Program-made: the position numbers and the translations under genes
Shown here: piece after piece, positions 1 through 12,400 of the stretch
Layout: the number at the start of each line of letters is the position of its first letter
Numbering within the stretch: position 1 is the first letter of the stretch
DNA from: Anthoceros angustus
Lineage: Eukaryota > Plantae > Anthocerotophyta
Assembly (NCBI GenBank): GCA_010909165.1
Contig: MU008216.1
Location: forward strand, 62,001 to 126,000
Length of the DNA stretch: 64,000 nucleotides
Direction of reading: 5' to 3'
Notes under the pieces: generated by a model
The model's database searches: none
What the model was told of the DNA's origin: nothing
Seen by the model: the letters and a program-made list of their open reading frames with translations, nothing else

Positions 1-1679
1 TCGGCTCACCCAAGTCCACTTGTTGTGGCGGCCCCGCCGACGCCATCCTCCGTCGAGAACTTTTCCTCCCGGCAAGGTCGCACCCTCACCAATTGGTTGC
101 ATCCACCTCTGTTGCCGGTGGAGTCCCCTTGAAAATCTCTTCCCATCTTTGAGGAGGGGTCCGCCTCGAGGTCACCTAAACCCTCGTTGATTCATCATCG
201 CATCCAGTCGGCTTGTCCTCGGATCGCGCCTCCTCTTACGCCACCTCCAGCCGTTTGGCTTCATTTTTAGCCTTGGCGCGTTTTCGACACAGTGGCCGCG
301 CCTTCACCTTTTTGATGCCGCCTTTCACCCCGGTCTTCCTCTTTTCTTTGGTGGGAATTTCCTTCTCCTCCTCCGCGCACTGTCGCCAAACTCCCAGCTA
401 TCGATTTTTCCTCCTTGGGCTCCTCCTTCCGCCCCTCCCTAAGCTTCCACATGTGGAGGAGGCTACAATCTCCACCTCTGGCGGTTAGCGTAAACATAAA
501 GATGGACGAAATGGTGAGATTAGAGAGGCGGGGGCGGGAAATCAAGTTCAACCTCTCTTCACACAACCGAAGAATTACTTAATCGATCTTCGCCCCTTGA
601 CCACTTCATGAAGGCAAGCAGTGGTCGACAAATAATCACACTTCTTGTCTGCGAAACATAGGAGCCACTGGCGGACCCATCAAGCTGCTGTTGCCAAATC
701 CCTCGTCAACGGCCGTTGGGTTCGCGTCGCCCGCTTTAACGCGGTTGCTGCTTGCCGTGCTTCTTTTCTGGGCGGCTCCATCACCAAACCGCCGCCTCCT
801 CCTTCTTCGCCCATACACCCTAACTAACTCCGGTCCCCAATCCTGCGGCTTCGCTCTAAATCCCCTTTGTTGTTTGTCCTTGGTGTGCGCACACTCTGCA
901 CAGTCCAGTTCATGTAATTCCACCGCTCTTCCATGAAACCCCGGCTCCTTCACAGCTCGAACTTTCCAATGATCCATGTTCGGCCATTGGGCAAGCACAA
1001 TTCGGTGGTGACCTTGGCGCCATCCTCTCACGGTCTTCACGGTCTCGCGCCTCCGCGCCACCTCGCTGCGAATTTCACGGAGGTCGGTCTCGAGGTTCCT
1101 ACCTCCTCGGCAAGGCGCGCTGTCGTCGCGCCTTCCTCCCTGCGTCGCGCCTCGCGATGGGGTTGGGCTCCTTCCCTTCCTTCGTGCCCTCGCGCCCTCC
1201 TGCGATCGCGCCCCAGTGCCCCGGCTCGACTTCGTCGCGCTTCCGTCGTCGGCGCTCCGCTCCGCTCCGGCCGTTGCGCTCCGTTGTTTGAGAGGATTAT
1301 CATTCCTAGGGTTAAGTTTCCCGGGTTCCCTACTCTGTTAAACCTCTCGGCTTCCCCCAATCCACAACCCCACACTCATTCACCGCTCTTGGCCGACCCC
1401 AAACTTATAGACCTATCACACTCTAATTATTCCAACCCCCTATCTCACATATATAGACTTTTTAGGGAACATTCCAAGTCCATGGGCCAAGGAACACCAA
1501 GTTCCCGGACCATTTATTTTCTAACTTAAAAATCAAAACAAGAAAAAAGAATCCATAGGCCAAGGACATTTCTTCTATAAATACCTCCGCCTACTAACCC
1601 GACTTATTTTCACACCACATCGCCAAACAAAAATTCACTTCCAGCATCGCCCCAACAGGGGTTTCTAAGTCTAGATCGC

Positions 1680-4600
1680 TTACATGTGCACACTTTGCCA
1701 AAGATCATCGTCAAGCTTAATCGAGTCCACGACAACCAACCTCCTATCGACGAATAGCCCTCCTATGTCGCTCAATTCTCGCACGCAATGCTCCAACTCC
1801 GCATCCGGCTTGGGCCGGAGGTTCCAGATCTCGACGCCAAAATCAACTCCTGCTGCCACCATCTCGCCCGCCTACCTTCCACCGCCTCGGCGAGGAGGCC
1901 GCCTGTGTCGCCGACATGGAATGAAGATCACTGCGCGGTGGATGAGCGACACCGAGGCCGCTTTGCCCCCATCCTCCCCACCCGTGACACGGTCCATCCA
2001 TCGGCCGACGCTGCCGGCGACGCCGCCCGACCGTGGTGTTCGCACCAGACGCCGACTCGCCAAGAAGCCTCACCATACTCCACTCAGAACCGCTTGTCCA
2101 CCGCCTGCTCCATGTCAAGGCAATGGCTTCCTCTCGGTGAAAGGCGCCAAATGAGTCCCTACTGTCGCATTCAAGACAGCCCATTTTGAAAAAGCTTGTT
2201 TGCAAAGGCCGGTGGTCATTTTATCGCTATCCGACCCGCGCGTGCACTTGCTACTTGCCCATAATCACAACAGCTCGACCACAACCTCGGCTGTGGAGCA
2301 ATTTCATGTCCCCATTGGTTACGTAGCGTTACTCGTGATGTATGATATTGCCCAAATGGCGCAGCCTCAATGCCCCCATTACTCCATTTTAACAATCATC
2401 GACTTCCTCTCACCATTCCACTTCCACACTCGCCACTTGGGTATTGGCACATTCCGCCATTGATCTGCTTGTTTGTTTGGAAATACTTTAATGCCCACTT
2501 GGCATGCCGGTTTTGCCCCCATCCGTCAGCTACTCAAACGACATGCCACAATCTATGTGCCACATGGGTTCCTCCTCTCCATCCCTCGCCGGAGTAGGCA
2601 CGGCCAAGGCCCACCTGTTTCCATCCAGCCTCCGGATGCATCATGCATCGAGTTACTGCGATGGCCACACACAAATGGACCATCGATGGAGTGCACCGCA
2701 CGGAAACCTTCTCGGTATTCACAAGGTCAAACCGCACGACTCAGCGATGGCCTTGTCCCTCTGGCCGACACTCGTACCATCCAACCTTCAACAATCGGAT
2801 TATACTCCTCGAGAATCGCATCCGCAGATTTGCTCTATGTGGCCGTAGAAGACGCGCGCTCCTCTTGAGCTCCCCGGCAGCCTGTCCCACCATGATAAAC
2901 TTTGCGACATGCACTATCTTTTGTGCTCCGCCGCCTCCGCCTCCACTGCTCGAGGTGGCTGCCTTTGTTCCACATGTGACTATGTGCCGTTGCAACGCAG
3001 GGCCATCCATTATAGCCCTCACTGTGGGTCATAGCAGGATGCCCCTCCCAAGCGCTCACCGCCTTCTGCACCACCCACCTCTTGAAACTTCGCCTCATGT
3101 GCACCGTACATCCTCACCTCTTCGTCAGACATGTCCAAAAGCGGCTGCATCACCTTCGTGATACAAAGACATAAGTATGGGCTGGCGCACCTCAAGCGCA
3201 TCCATTGTGTACGGCCGACACCCAGCCTTTTCTCCCACACCCTCGGGACTCCATGATCCACCGACGTGACCATAGTAACGTGGAGGAATGACATGCCGAA
3301 ATGCATACTCTCCTCTCATATACCCCACGGCTATCTGGACTCGGTTTGGCGCCGTCATCCGCTTCTGGATCCTAAGTATCTCTCCACCGGGTACATCCAC
3401 CGGTGTGCACTGGCCCAATGCACCACCTCGTCCACTAAATGTATTATGAGGTGGGTTGATATATCAAAGACCTTTGGAGGAATTGCTTTTCCAGAGCACA
3501 TCACCCGACCTCTTCGTTGTGCTTGAATTTCATGGCGGTATTGTCCATTGGCAAATCCATCTGTGATGACCCAATTTCACAACCGCCTTGTACACCTGGG
3601 TCTATGCACAAGGACGATGGGAAGATGATTTCCAGATGATGTGCGATCATGGCACTTCCGCCCACTTTGCCCCCTCTAATTTCGCTCCTATGTTAGACCC
3701 ATAGCTGTGGGCGCTTTATGCGTTTAATTCTCTCTATGACTTGACGGAGGTCGTCTTTCGACAAAACGTAAGACGCCTCGGGGCAATGGCCGTCCACTCC
3801 TACCGGCCACAACCACCTTTTCCCTCCATTGGCTTCCATGTCCATCCTTGATGCCATGTCGTCTCGATCTCCCGTCAAAGTGTGCCATATGGCCTCTGCA
3901 TTGTTCTTTTCCACGTGCATGACATCCTTTGGCGCCATCACAAGCAGGTGACGCCAATATGGGAGCACCCTAAACAGGGAAGACATCCGCCGAGTTCCAA
4001 AATTTCCTCGCTGCCAGATCTCGGCTGGTGGCGCACCTTCTCTGCGTACCATATCATCACCACATCATCAAGCGTTGGTGGCTGGGTGGGGACGGAGTTC
4101 CGTCCATCGTATCGATCCATGTCTTCCCACCGTCCGCTATCGCCTTGGGCAACCACCTCTTGCCAACATAAACTGCTTTTTAATTGATGAGAATAGCGGG
4201 AATCCAGTCCAGAATCCACACACGCCCGGGTCCCTTTCACTTGCAATCCGTGGTGCCCAACCACAGGTAGTCGGCAATGACGTTTCACCGCCGCACCTAA
4301 AATGCCTCCTAGGATCGTTCACGGTATTGAAAAGTCTTCCATGTCCACCCCTCTCCACAACTCTTCCGGTTCTTCTACCAGGCGCCATATAAACATCAAA
4401 ATTTTTACCATGCCCGGTCTGGTACAATGAGAGGCATGATGACATGGGCGTCCTTTGTGCAAGCCGAGGCATGTTGTGAGCGAATAGCATAACTGGCCAT
4501 ATGGACGTGTTGATGCACTGTGACCAAAGGGGTTGAAGCCGTCGCTTAATGCCAACCTCAAGTTGCGAGGTTCATCCCGAACCCTTCAAGCGCATCAAAT

Positions 4601-5540
4601 ACTCTCCATGTTGGGGTGTCTCGCCATCATGGACATGTCCCCATTCTCGCTTTGCCTCCCGTACCAAGTCATCATCATGCTATTTATTCGAACATGCGTT
4701 TCAATCGCGTCTTGAGGAAATGCGAGGACCTGCGGAACTCTCGCTCATCAAACCCTTCCTTGTACCGCTGCGTGCCACATCGAGGGCAATGGACGCCCGC
4801 GTCACCCCGAATAGAATACAATCTTTTCACAAGCATGGATTTTCACGTATCTTGGCCCAAACATGTGCAACGACTTTGCCTCGTACATGTCCTTGCCTTG
4901 TTCGAACCGGCAAAATATCCACACTTAAGAGCTTTAAAAGTGCGTCTGACGCCACGATGTCATACATCGTTTGCCACAGCAAACAATGTGTTGCTTAGCG
5001 CTTTCGATTGGACTTCCTCTTCAATGTGGTATAACGTTCCGTGGCAGAGCCGCCCGACTCCATCCTCGCCGCCCATCGCAACATCCGTGGCTTCCAAAGA
5101 ACTCGCCCACGTGTGCACTTCGCATATCATCACCTCCGAACCCTCATCCATACTTTCGTCGTCGGAACTACTAGTGTGGTCGGTAGGATGGCCGCTGCCT
5201 CGCTGACCCATCGAGCCGTATCCGAACTGGGTGCGGAGACGCCCAAGACCGCTCTTCTATGCCACCGTGTCTCCGACCGCAAAAAGCCACCTTAAAGCTA
5301 GAATTGGAGTGCATTTGCTGGCCATTGATGCGAGAGAACTCACGGCCACACGGTGCGGATGGCGCAGAAGCTTGAAATGTGGAATACGAGCTCGCGAGCT
5401 CGCGACGTGGCGGCGGGGACAATACATGTACACCGTGATCCGCATTTCGTGGCATCCTCCCTGTGGTCGTGATCCGTAGGCACGGCAACCACGACAAAGC
5501 AAAGGTGGTACATCCGTTATCCGAACGCCCGCCCCCACGG
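1680..5540 (-). pseudogene. CACTA/En-Spm (Transposase_21/TnpD-like) transposase relic, frameshifted
   Basis: Minus-strand fragments in the expected order: CPRCGTQRYK...LKRMF (~4690-4800), LALSDGFNPFG (~4525-4560), DVMHVEKNNAEAIWHTL (~3875-3925) and HLVDEVVHCGPVHTRWMYPVERY-like (~3375-3445; DUF4218). These are canonical CACTA transposase motifs. Outer boundaries are approximate. Confidence 0.85.
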
Positions 5541-8500
5541 TGCAATCATGACTTCATGACCCATAAACACAGACACGTAGGACTGGAACGTGCTTGCGAA
5601 ACCATGGACGGAAGCACAAACGCCACACCGCTTATGGAGATCCCGCCGTCCGTGATGACCTCGGTAAGTCGACCGATCGGGGCAAAGCGCACACCGATGC
5701 GATGCCGCAGAAGATCCGGGCCGGACAAGAACCTCGCGCCTGGACATGAGCAATGAATTTGCGCGACCAGGAGCCACCACCGTCTTCCAATCCCAACTCG
5801 GGCGGAGAGCACGGTTGGCGAGCACGCCAATCGGATGCACGCAATGTTCGCGGATGCACGCTAGCGGTGGAAGCTGCCGGCGTTATGTCAGCGTGGTAGC
5901 CGACTCTTCCGACGGGCCGGAGAGTGAGGGTGACACGCAATGGAAAGGGAGGATGTACCGGCTAGCTTGGTGGTCGGCACCAACGGTCGGGATGGTTGAC
6001 ACGCGTATCATCATTGCATTTGGGGATGCGTGTTTTGATTTAAAGTTGATTACACACAATCCAAGAAGTTCGACAACGGCCTTGATCGTCCTAAGCTTGC
6101 AAGCAAATGCAGAACAAAGCGTTCGGGAGGCGCCTTCCCCTTGGTGTAAACAACCTCCTTCATGTCCACTGCCTACGCAAGGAATAGTGTTGAGCTCATT
6201 GTCTCAAAGTCTCTGACAGCTCCCATGTTGCGTCGCCATTCTGTGAAAGGGCATCGAACCCGATCAGAGTGCTCCATGCTGTCTCCAACGCATCCCAATT
6301 CCATTCTGTGAAGTGTAGCACCACGGTGGCCGCTTGGACGTGAAGCCCCACATCGGCTTTGTTCTATCCAAACAGCGACTCAATTTAACCTCCTCCTTGG
6401 ATCGTGGCCTCTGCAAATTGTAGCTCCGAATGCGGTTCGCCTCTTCTTCCCATGGAGGAAATGTGGCTTGACGGGCACTCCGTCGAGCGCCCGGATGCCG
6501 CCGCGTGCGATTGCTCCTCCACTTTCCTCTTGCCCTTCGCATCACCCGGGGCGGATCGGTCCTCGGGGAGGGTGGCGTGTACATCCGCCTTACCCTTCTC
6601 TCTCAATCTCCCTTCGCCTTCAACTTCCGAGGCTTGCACGCGCAATCCTTGCCAATTCTCTCCATCGAGGTATGCAATGGACCGGAATCTAGAGAATGCC
6701 TTGTGCATCTAGGAGGAGGAGACAAAGAGCTATAGCACCAATCACCATACTTTGTTTATTACGCGTGACTCGGAAGGGACGTGCAAGCGGTGACTTGTCA
6801 TGTCCGGTCAACGCATGTACGGGCACAAACCATACCCATCCATTCCGCCATGAGAGGTCATCGAGTTTTATTGGGTGACGATGAGAAGTACACGTAGTGA
6901 TCAAAGAAGAAGGACTTTCCCATCCCAGCGTTTAATTACGGTAATCATATACCCCACATTGTGAGGTATAAACCGTCCCTAGTCACACGACGACTGCCGT
7001 GATCCAGAGACGGCAAGAGCCAAGGGCCGGCGGCACTCCATACCAGGTCCTTGATGGCCGACAAGAGGAGAGCAACCTCCGTCCATCATCCTTGATGGCC
7101 ATCGTCATGTGGAACCGCTCGCCCTGATGGGCATCGTCGGTTTCAGCACCGGCAACAACGATGTGCAAACACTTCGCAATGATCCACAAATGAGTGGGTG
7201 AGGGAGCGGAATGTTGCGGGTTCAAATGCGGATTCCACAACACTTCACACCGCAGCATGAACTTGCGGGTTGGAGAAAAGGGCCAAACAAAAGTGTTCAC
7301 ATGCGGCGCCTCGAGCACCAATCCATACCGCAGCGGTCACAACACCATGCCCGCACTGTAGAAGGGACCACCTCGCTAGAGAAGGAACCACCTCGCCACC
7401 GAACGGCAAGACGCCGTGAGGGATAGCAAAGGAGACATGCACACACGCCGTGAAGGGCGGGGACACCGCGCCCAACATTCCCATATGATCCTTGATGGCC
7501 ATCGGCGATTTCCGGGCGGCAAGATGGAGACATGCACACACGCCTCGTCTGCGAGCTACCGATGGATACCCACGGTGGTTTCGACTAAGCTCATGCATAC
7601 ACATGTCCGTCATAGACGGCACAAGGTAGAGCGAGCGAGGCGTGTCACTGGAAGACAAGCTCGCCTCGGATGCGAAGATGACCAAAACAAAGGTAGTAGC
7701 GTGAAGCGAGGGCAAGGTGGTGACATTTAAAGCGGAACACGACGACCTTAGGCAGCCTCTTGTCCTCCGTGCCACATCGGGTTGCGGATGAGAGGATCTT
7801 GAATTTCAGCCGTTCCTTACATGTGAGAAAGGAGACATGGCGGTGGCATGGCCCGCCAATCTGATTGGCGGTAAATTCATGGAGGGGGCAGGTGGCGCCG
7901 GGGCAAAGCGCGGAACACGAAGGTAGATGTCATGTCTCCCAAGGTCTGGATATCCTTTGCGACGGTGCGACGCCAGAGTGACGTCAGAGCCGTCACATTG
8001 GCGTCCTGCCAGAAGGTGTGAATACATGACACGTTCTGCCATGTGACGCGTTTGATTGGTGGATTGCACAACGGGAGTCTCGAACGATGCACATCATTAT
8101 ATGGGAGAACGCGAATTGGCATATATATGGCAAATTCACATACGGCCGGTCCTTCATTCATGGCATAATGAATGGGGGCATTTAGTTTGCTTGAATGGCT
8201 CTCACGTGCCACCTACCGTCCTTGCACAATGGTGTAGAAGAGACAATAAACAGAACGGCGCGTCACAATGCACACGACCGGACATGGCATGTTTTCTACC
8301 ATGCCCGGCTTTTCAAATATTAAAATGGCTTCACCACACCTTTCTTGGACAACGGTGGAGAAGACAAGTTTATGCGAGAGATAGGGAGCCATTGTCTTTG
8401 GTTCATAGTTGCGAAGGCCATGACATTGTCATGGCCTTCAACATAGGGACCATACATGGCATGCATGGAGGAATGGCATGTTGACACAAGGGGCACATAC

Positions 8501-8811
8501 AAGGGTGAAGGCGCCATGGCGGTGGCATGGCACGCCACGAAGTCTCCTCCTCTCCTCTTTCCTCCCTCCCCACCGCACCGCGCCGCCCCACGCCGCACCA
8601 CCACTCCCCACACACCATGGCCACCGCCACACCGTCCCACGGGTCGCGACATCTGGCCGGATCGGTAGGCAATGTGGTATGCGAACGGGCAAAGCATAAA
8701 AATAGCAAATTAACACATGCATGGTCCGTGGAGCATGGCGAGGTTCTAATTTGGTCTTGCCTTGAAATGGCATGCCACATCGTGGGCATTACCAACGAAA
8801 TGGCATTGAAC

Positions 8812-9342
8812 ACTTGTCCTTGGGTCCAATGGGGATGATTAAATGCAAAATTGTCTTATTGGAGGAAGGATGTCTACACAGTGTCCTTGTGTCACATGGT
8901 AATCCACAAAGGGCAAATTGTCCTTGGCTCTCCAAATGGTCATCCAGAATGGCCAAAAATTGACATGAGGCGAAGACATGGTCATGACGAATGAGGAACA
9001 TTTGTCCTTGGGTCACGAAATGATCATGCATGATGGGAATGTATTGTCCTTGGACCACGCAACGGTAATGAACAATGGCAAATTATTGTCCGTCGATCAG
9101 AAAATGATCTTCCATAATGGGAAACATTTGTCCTTGGCTTTGAAATGGTCATCGAATGGCCAAAATTGACTGAGGCCAAGGCATGGTCATGACAATGAGG
9201 AACATTTGTCCTTGGGTCACGAAATGACCATACATAACGGAATGTTTTGTCCTTGGACCACGAAATGCGCATGAGCAAAGGGAAATTATTTTCCTTCGAT
9301 GCGGATATGGTAATCCATAATGGGCTAAATTTGTCCTTGGAT
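8812..9342. repeat. Phased TTGTCCTTGG motif array (~42-bp period, ~204-bp higher-order unit)
   Basis: Motif or variant starts at 9002, 9044, 9086, 9128, 9206, 9247, 9289 and 9331, with looser copies at about 8815, 8881 and 8918. Confidence 0.9.
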
Positions 9343-9448
9343 GACGAAAATCGATAAAACACGGATGCCTATATATGCCAAACATGCATGGATGCCATAT
9401 GCAGTAATGGTGTGGTGGACAATCGCCGGTTGGTGTTTTAGGCATGTG

Positions 9449-12400
9449 AATGCCACATGTACACATATAGGTGGTGGGCGCAAACTCGAGTTTGTGCCCG
9501 CGAATCGGGTATGCATGCATTGAGCTCCTGTCAGATTCGTCAAGCCGGTTTGCCGCTTGGGAACAACGCCAATCCGGCCACGGATGCGCTCATAACGCCG
9601 CCCGGAAGGAGGATAGGCCCATCGACAGGCGCCACCGTGCGAGGGAGAGGCCGAAGCCGGAAAATGGTCCACAAGGGGACTTGGCGCGGAGCGACGGCGC
9701 CCACTGGATGGAAGCACGGGCGCGGATGGTGGAAGCGGCAAGTGAGGTGGGCGCGGAGAAAGCCGATTCCACAAGTGGAGGGTGGATGCCCATGGCGTGG
9801 AGCGGGAAGCGGCGAGAGAGGTGGAGGTGCCGGAGGAGAACCTTCAGAGTGGAGGCCGTCAAGAGGAGGCGATGCGTGGCGGCCGGAAGTGGAGTGGGTG
9901 TCTCCATGTGGGGAGCTAACGCCACAGCTTCTGCAGGAGAGATTCCAAAGTCGGAGGAGGGATGCCAGGCGGACATCCGGAGGGAACGAGGACATTGGCC
10001 TTAGTCTGGAGCTTGAGGGCTGTCCAACTTGAGGAGCATGGTGGTGGTGCACAAGAGGGTGACCGTGGCTGCCGAGAGATGGCATACGTTTGTGGACCTT
10101 CGCCGGTGGACGGACAACCCCAACAACGTGGCGGGAGGGAGCCTTTGGAGGGAGGAGACTCCTGCGGTGGGGAGTGGAGACCGGTCTGCCGGGTGGACGC
10201 GGTTGGAGGAGGAGGGCCAAGGAGCGCATGCCTATGATGGTGAGGAGGGCGGTGAGGAGGAGGACACCGCGCGAGGATGGGGAGGCGGGAGCGAGGAGGA
10301 AGATGTGGAGATGGCGGATCGAGGTCGAGGAAGACATGCCGACTACATTGCCACATGAAATTGGAGAATTGACGAGCACGGCCGGTAAGCCATTAGACGA
10401 TGTCATAGCCGTGTTGTGTGCTACATGGGCGTGGTGGCGTGTACATGGGCGTGAGCCGGTTATGCGATGGAGGGTGGATAGAGAATGAGGAGGAGGATGA
10501 AGAGTCGTCCGATGAGGAAGGACGAGTGAGGAAGGCCTTCCACCGGTGTGTTGGAGCTAGTGTGTGCAAAATGGAGTGATGCCATGGTCGAGCCACGACG
10601 AAAGTTTGCGAGAAAGGCGGTGAGGAAGGTAGAGTATGAGTTTGCAAGTATAGAGCGAGGATATTGTGGCCGGTTGCGGTGCATCGCGGACAAGGAACCA
10701 CAATGTGGGCAAGAAGGTGCGGCAAGTCGCACGCGGAGGGAGAAGGGAAGGATGCAAAATGGTTGCATCCGCCTAATGTGAGCACGAAGGCATGGAGAAA
10801 GGCGGTGAGGAGGGCCAAGGAGCATGGTGGTGGTGCGAAGCATGGGGTGTGTGTGGCCAACACCACAAAGAAGCCGCAACGCCGGCAAGAATTGCGAACG
10901 AGCATGGGACGAATCCCTTTGGTCCAGAGGAGCAAAGGAGTTCGAGAAACGGTATGTCCAACGCGGGGAGGGAGCGCAACTCGATGAGTTGAAGTGGGCA
11001 GCAAGGCATGGATTGGACAAAGATGCCGAGTCTTGGAGTGGTAAAATAGTCGTTGCTTAATGGAATGCTTGGTTGTGATATGTAGGTTTCGCTATGTAGG
11101 ACGTGAGTCAAGTGATGCGTGTGCATGATGCAGGGAAGAAGGGAAGGAAAAGCGGTGGAAGGTGAAGGCCGGTCGTGAAGGAAGGCAGAACCCGGTGGAG
11201 AGAAGGAAGATGGAGGAAGGTGCCAAGCAGGAGCGTCACAAGTGATGCCGGAGGCAACGTGGATGGTGGGGATCCCGGAGGTGTGATGGCGTGCACCGGC
11301 AAGGCGTATCACACGATCCGTGTCAAAAGCGTGAGTAGGGTGGCAACCCGACATCGAGAGATTGAATGCTATTCGCTTGCCGTCTGTAATTGTGGAAGTG
11401 GTGATTTGGCAGCCTATGGGGCCGGAGTGAAGGGCTAGCCATTGAGGCTAGTGGGTCGAATGCCACATGTACACATATAGGTGGTGGGCGCAAACTCGAG
11501 TTTGTGCCCGTGAGCATCAACATGCATGGCAGCGGTGGCATGCCCTAGGACTTCTTCTTCGCTTGCTTGGAACAACGCCAATCCGGGCCGCCCGGTTCGT
11601 GCCATAACGTCATTGCGGAAGGAGGGCGGTGAGGAGGGCCAAGGAGCGCATGCCTATGATGGTGAGGAGGCGGTGAGGAAGGATCTTGGGGCGGGAAAAT
11701 GGTCCACAAGGGGACTTGGCGCGAGGCAGGCCCATGGTGGATGGAAGCACGGCCCGGATGGTGGAAGCGGCAAGTGAGGTGGGCGCGGTCGTGGAAAGGC
11801 CACTTGAAGTGGAGGGTGGATGCCCATGGCGTGGAGGCGGGAAGCGGCGAGAGAGGAGGTGCCGGAGGCAACGTGGATGGTGGAAGCGGCAAGTGAGGTG
11901 GGCGCGGCCGTGGAGTGGGTGTCTCCAAGGTGGGGAGCTAACGCTTCATTCGAGAGATTCCAAAACTGTCGGAGGAGGGATCGCCAGGCGGACATCCGGA
12001 GGAGCAGGACATTGGCCTTAGTCTGGAGCTTGAGGGCATGTCCAACTTGAGGAGCATGGTGGTGGTGCACAAGAGGGTGACCACATGGGCTGAGAGAGAT
12101 GGCATACGTTTGTGGACCTTCGCCGGTGGCGACGGACAACCCCAACAACGTGGCGGGGAGGGAGCCTTTGGAGGAGAGACTCCTGCGGTGGGGAGTGAGG
12201 CGTCTGCTGGTGGGCGCGGTTGCGGAGGAGGGCCAAGGAGCGCATGCCTATGATGGTGAGGAGGCGGTGAGGAGGACACCGGCAGCGAGGATGGGGAGGC
12301 GGGAGGCGAGGAGGAAGATGTGGAGATGGCGGATCGAGGTCGAGGAAGACATGCCGACTACATTGCCACACATGAAATTGGAGAATTGGCGGAGCACTGG

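Noticed and set aside
1-1300. Named gene on the minus strand
   Set aside because: Coding-like but frameshifted with no recognisable motif; probably a TE accessory relic continuing outside the window.
5900-6900. Possible SET-domain-like fragments (GYGL..., INF...PNA) on the minus strand
   Set aside because: The motifs are too short and frameshifted to support a call by eye.
8812-9342. CRISPR-like repeat-spacer array (also considered for 39341-39605 and 47664-47938)
   Set aside because: The spacers are homologous to one another, there are no cas genes, and the context is eukaryotic.
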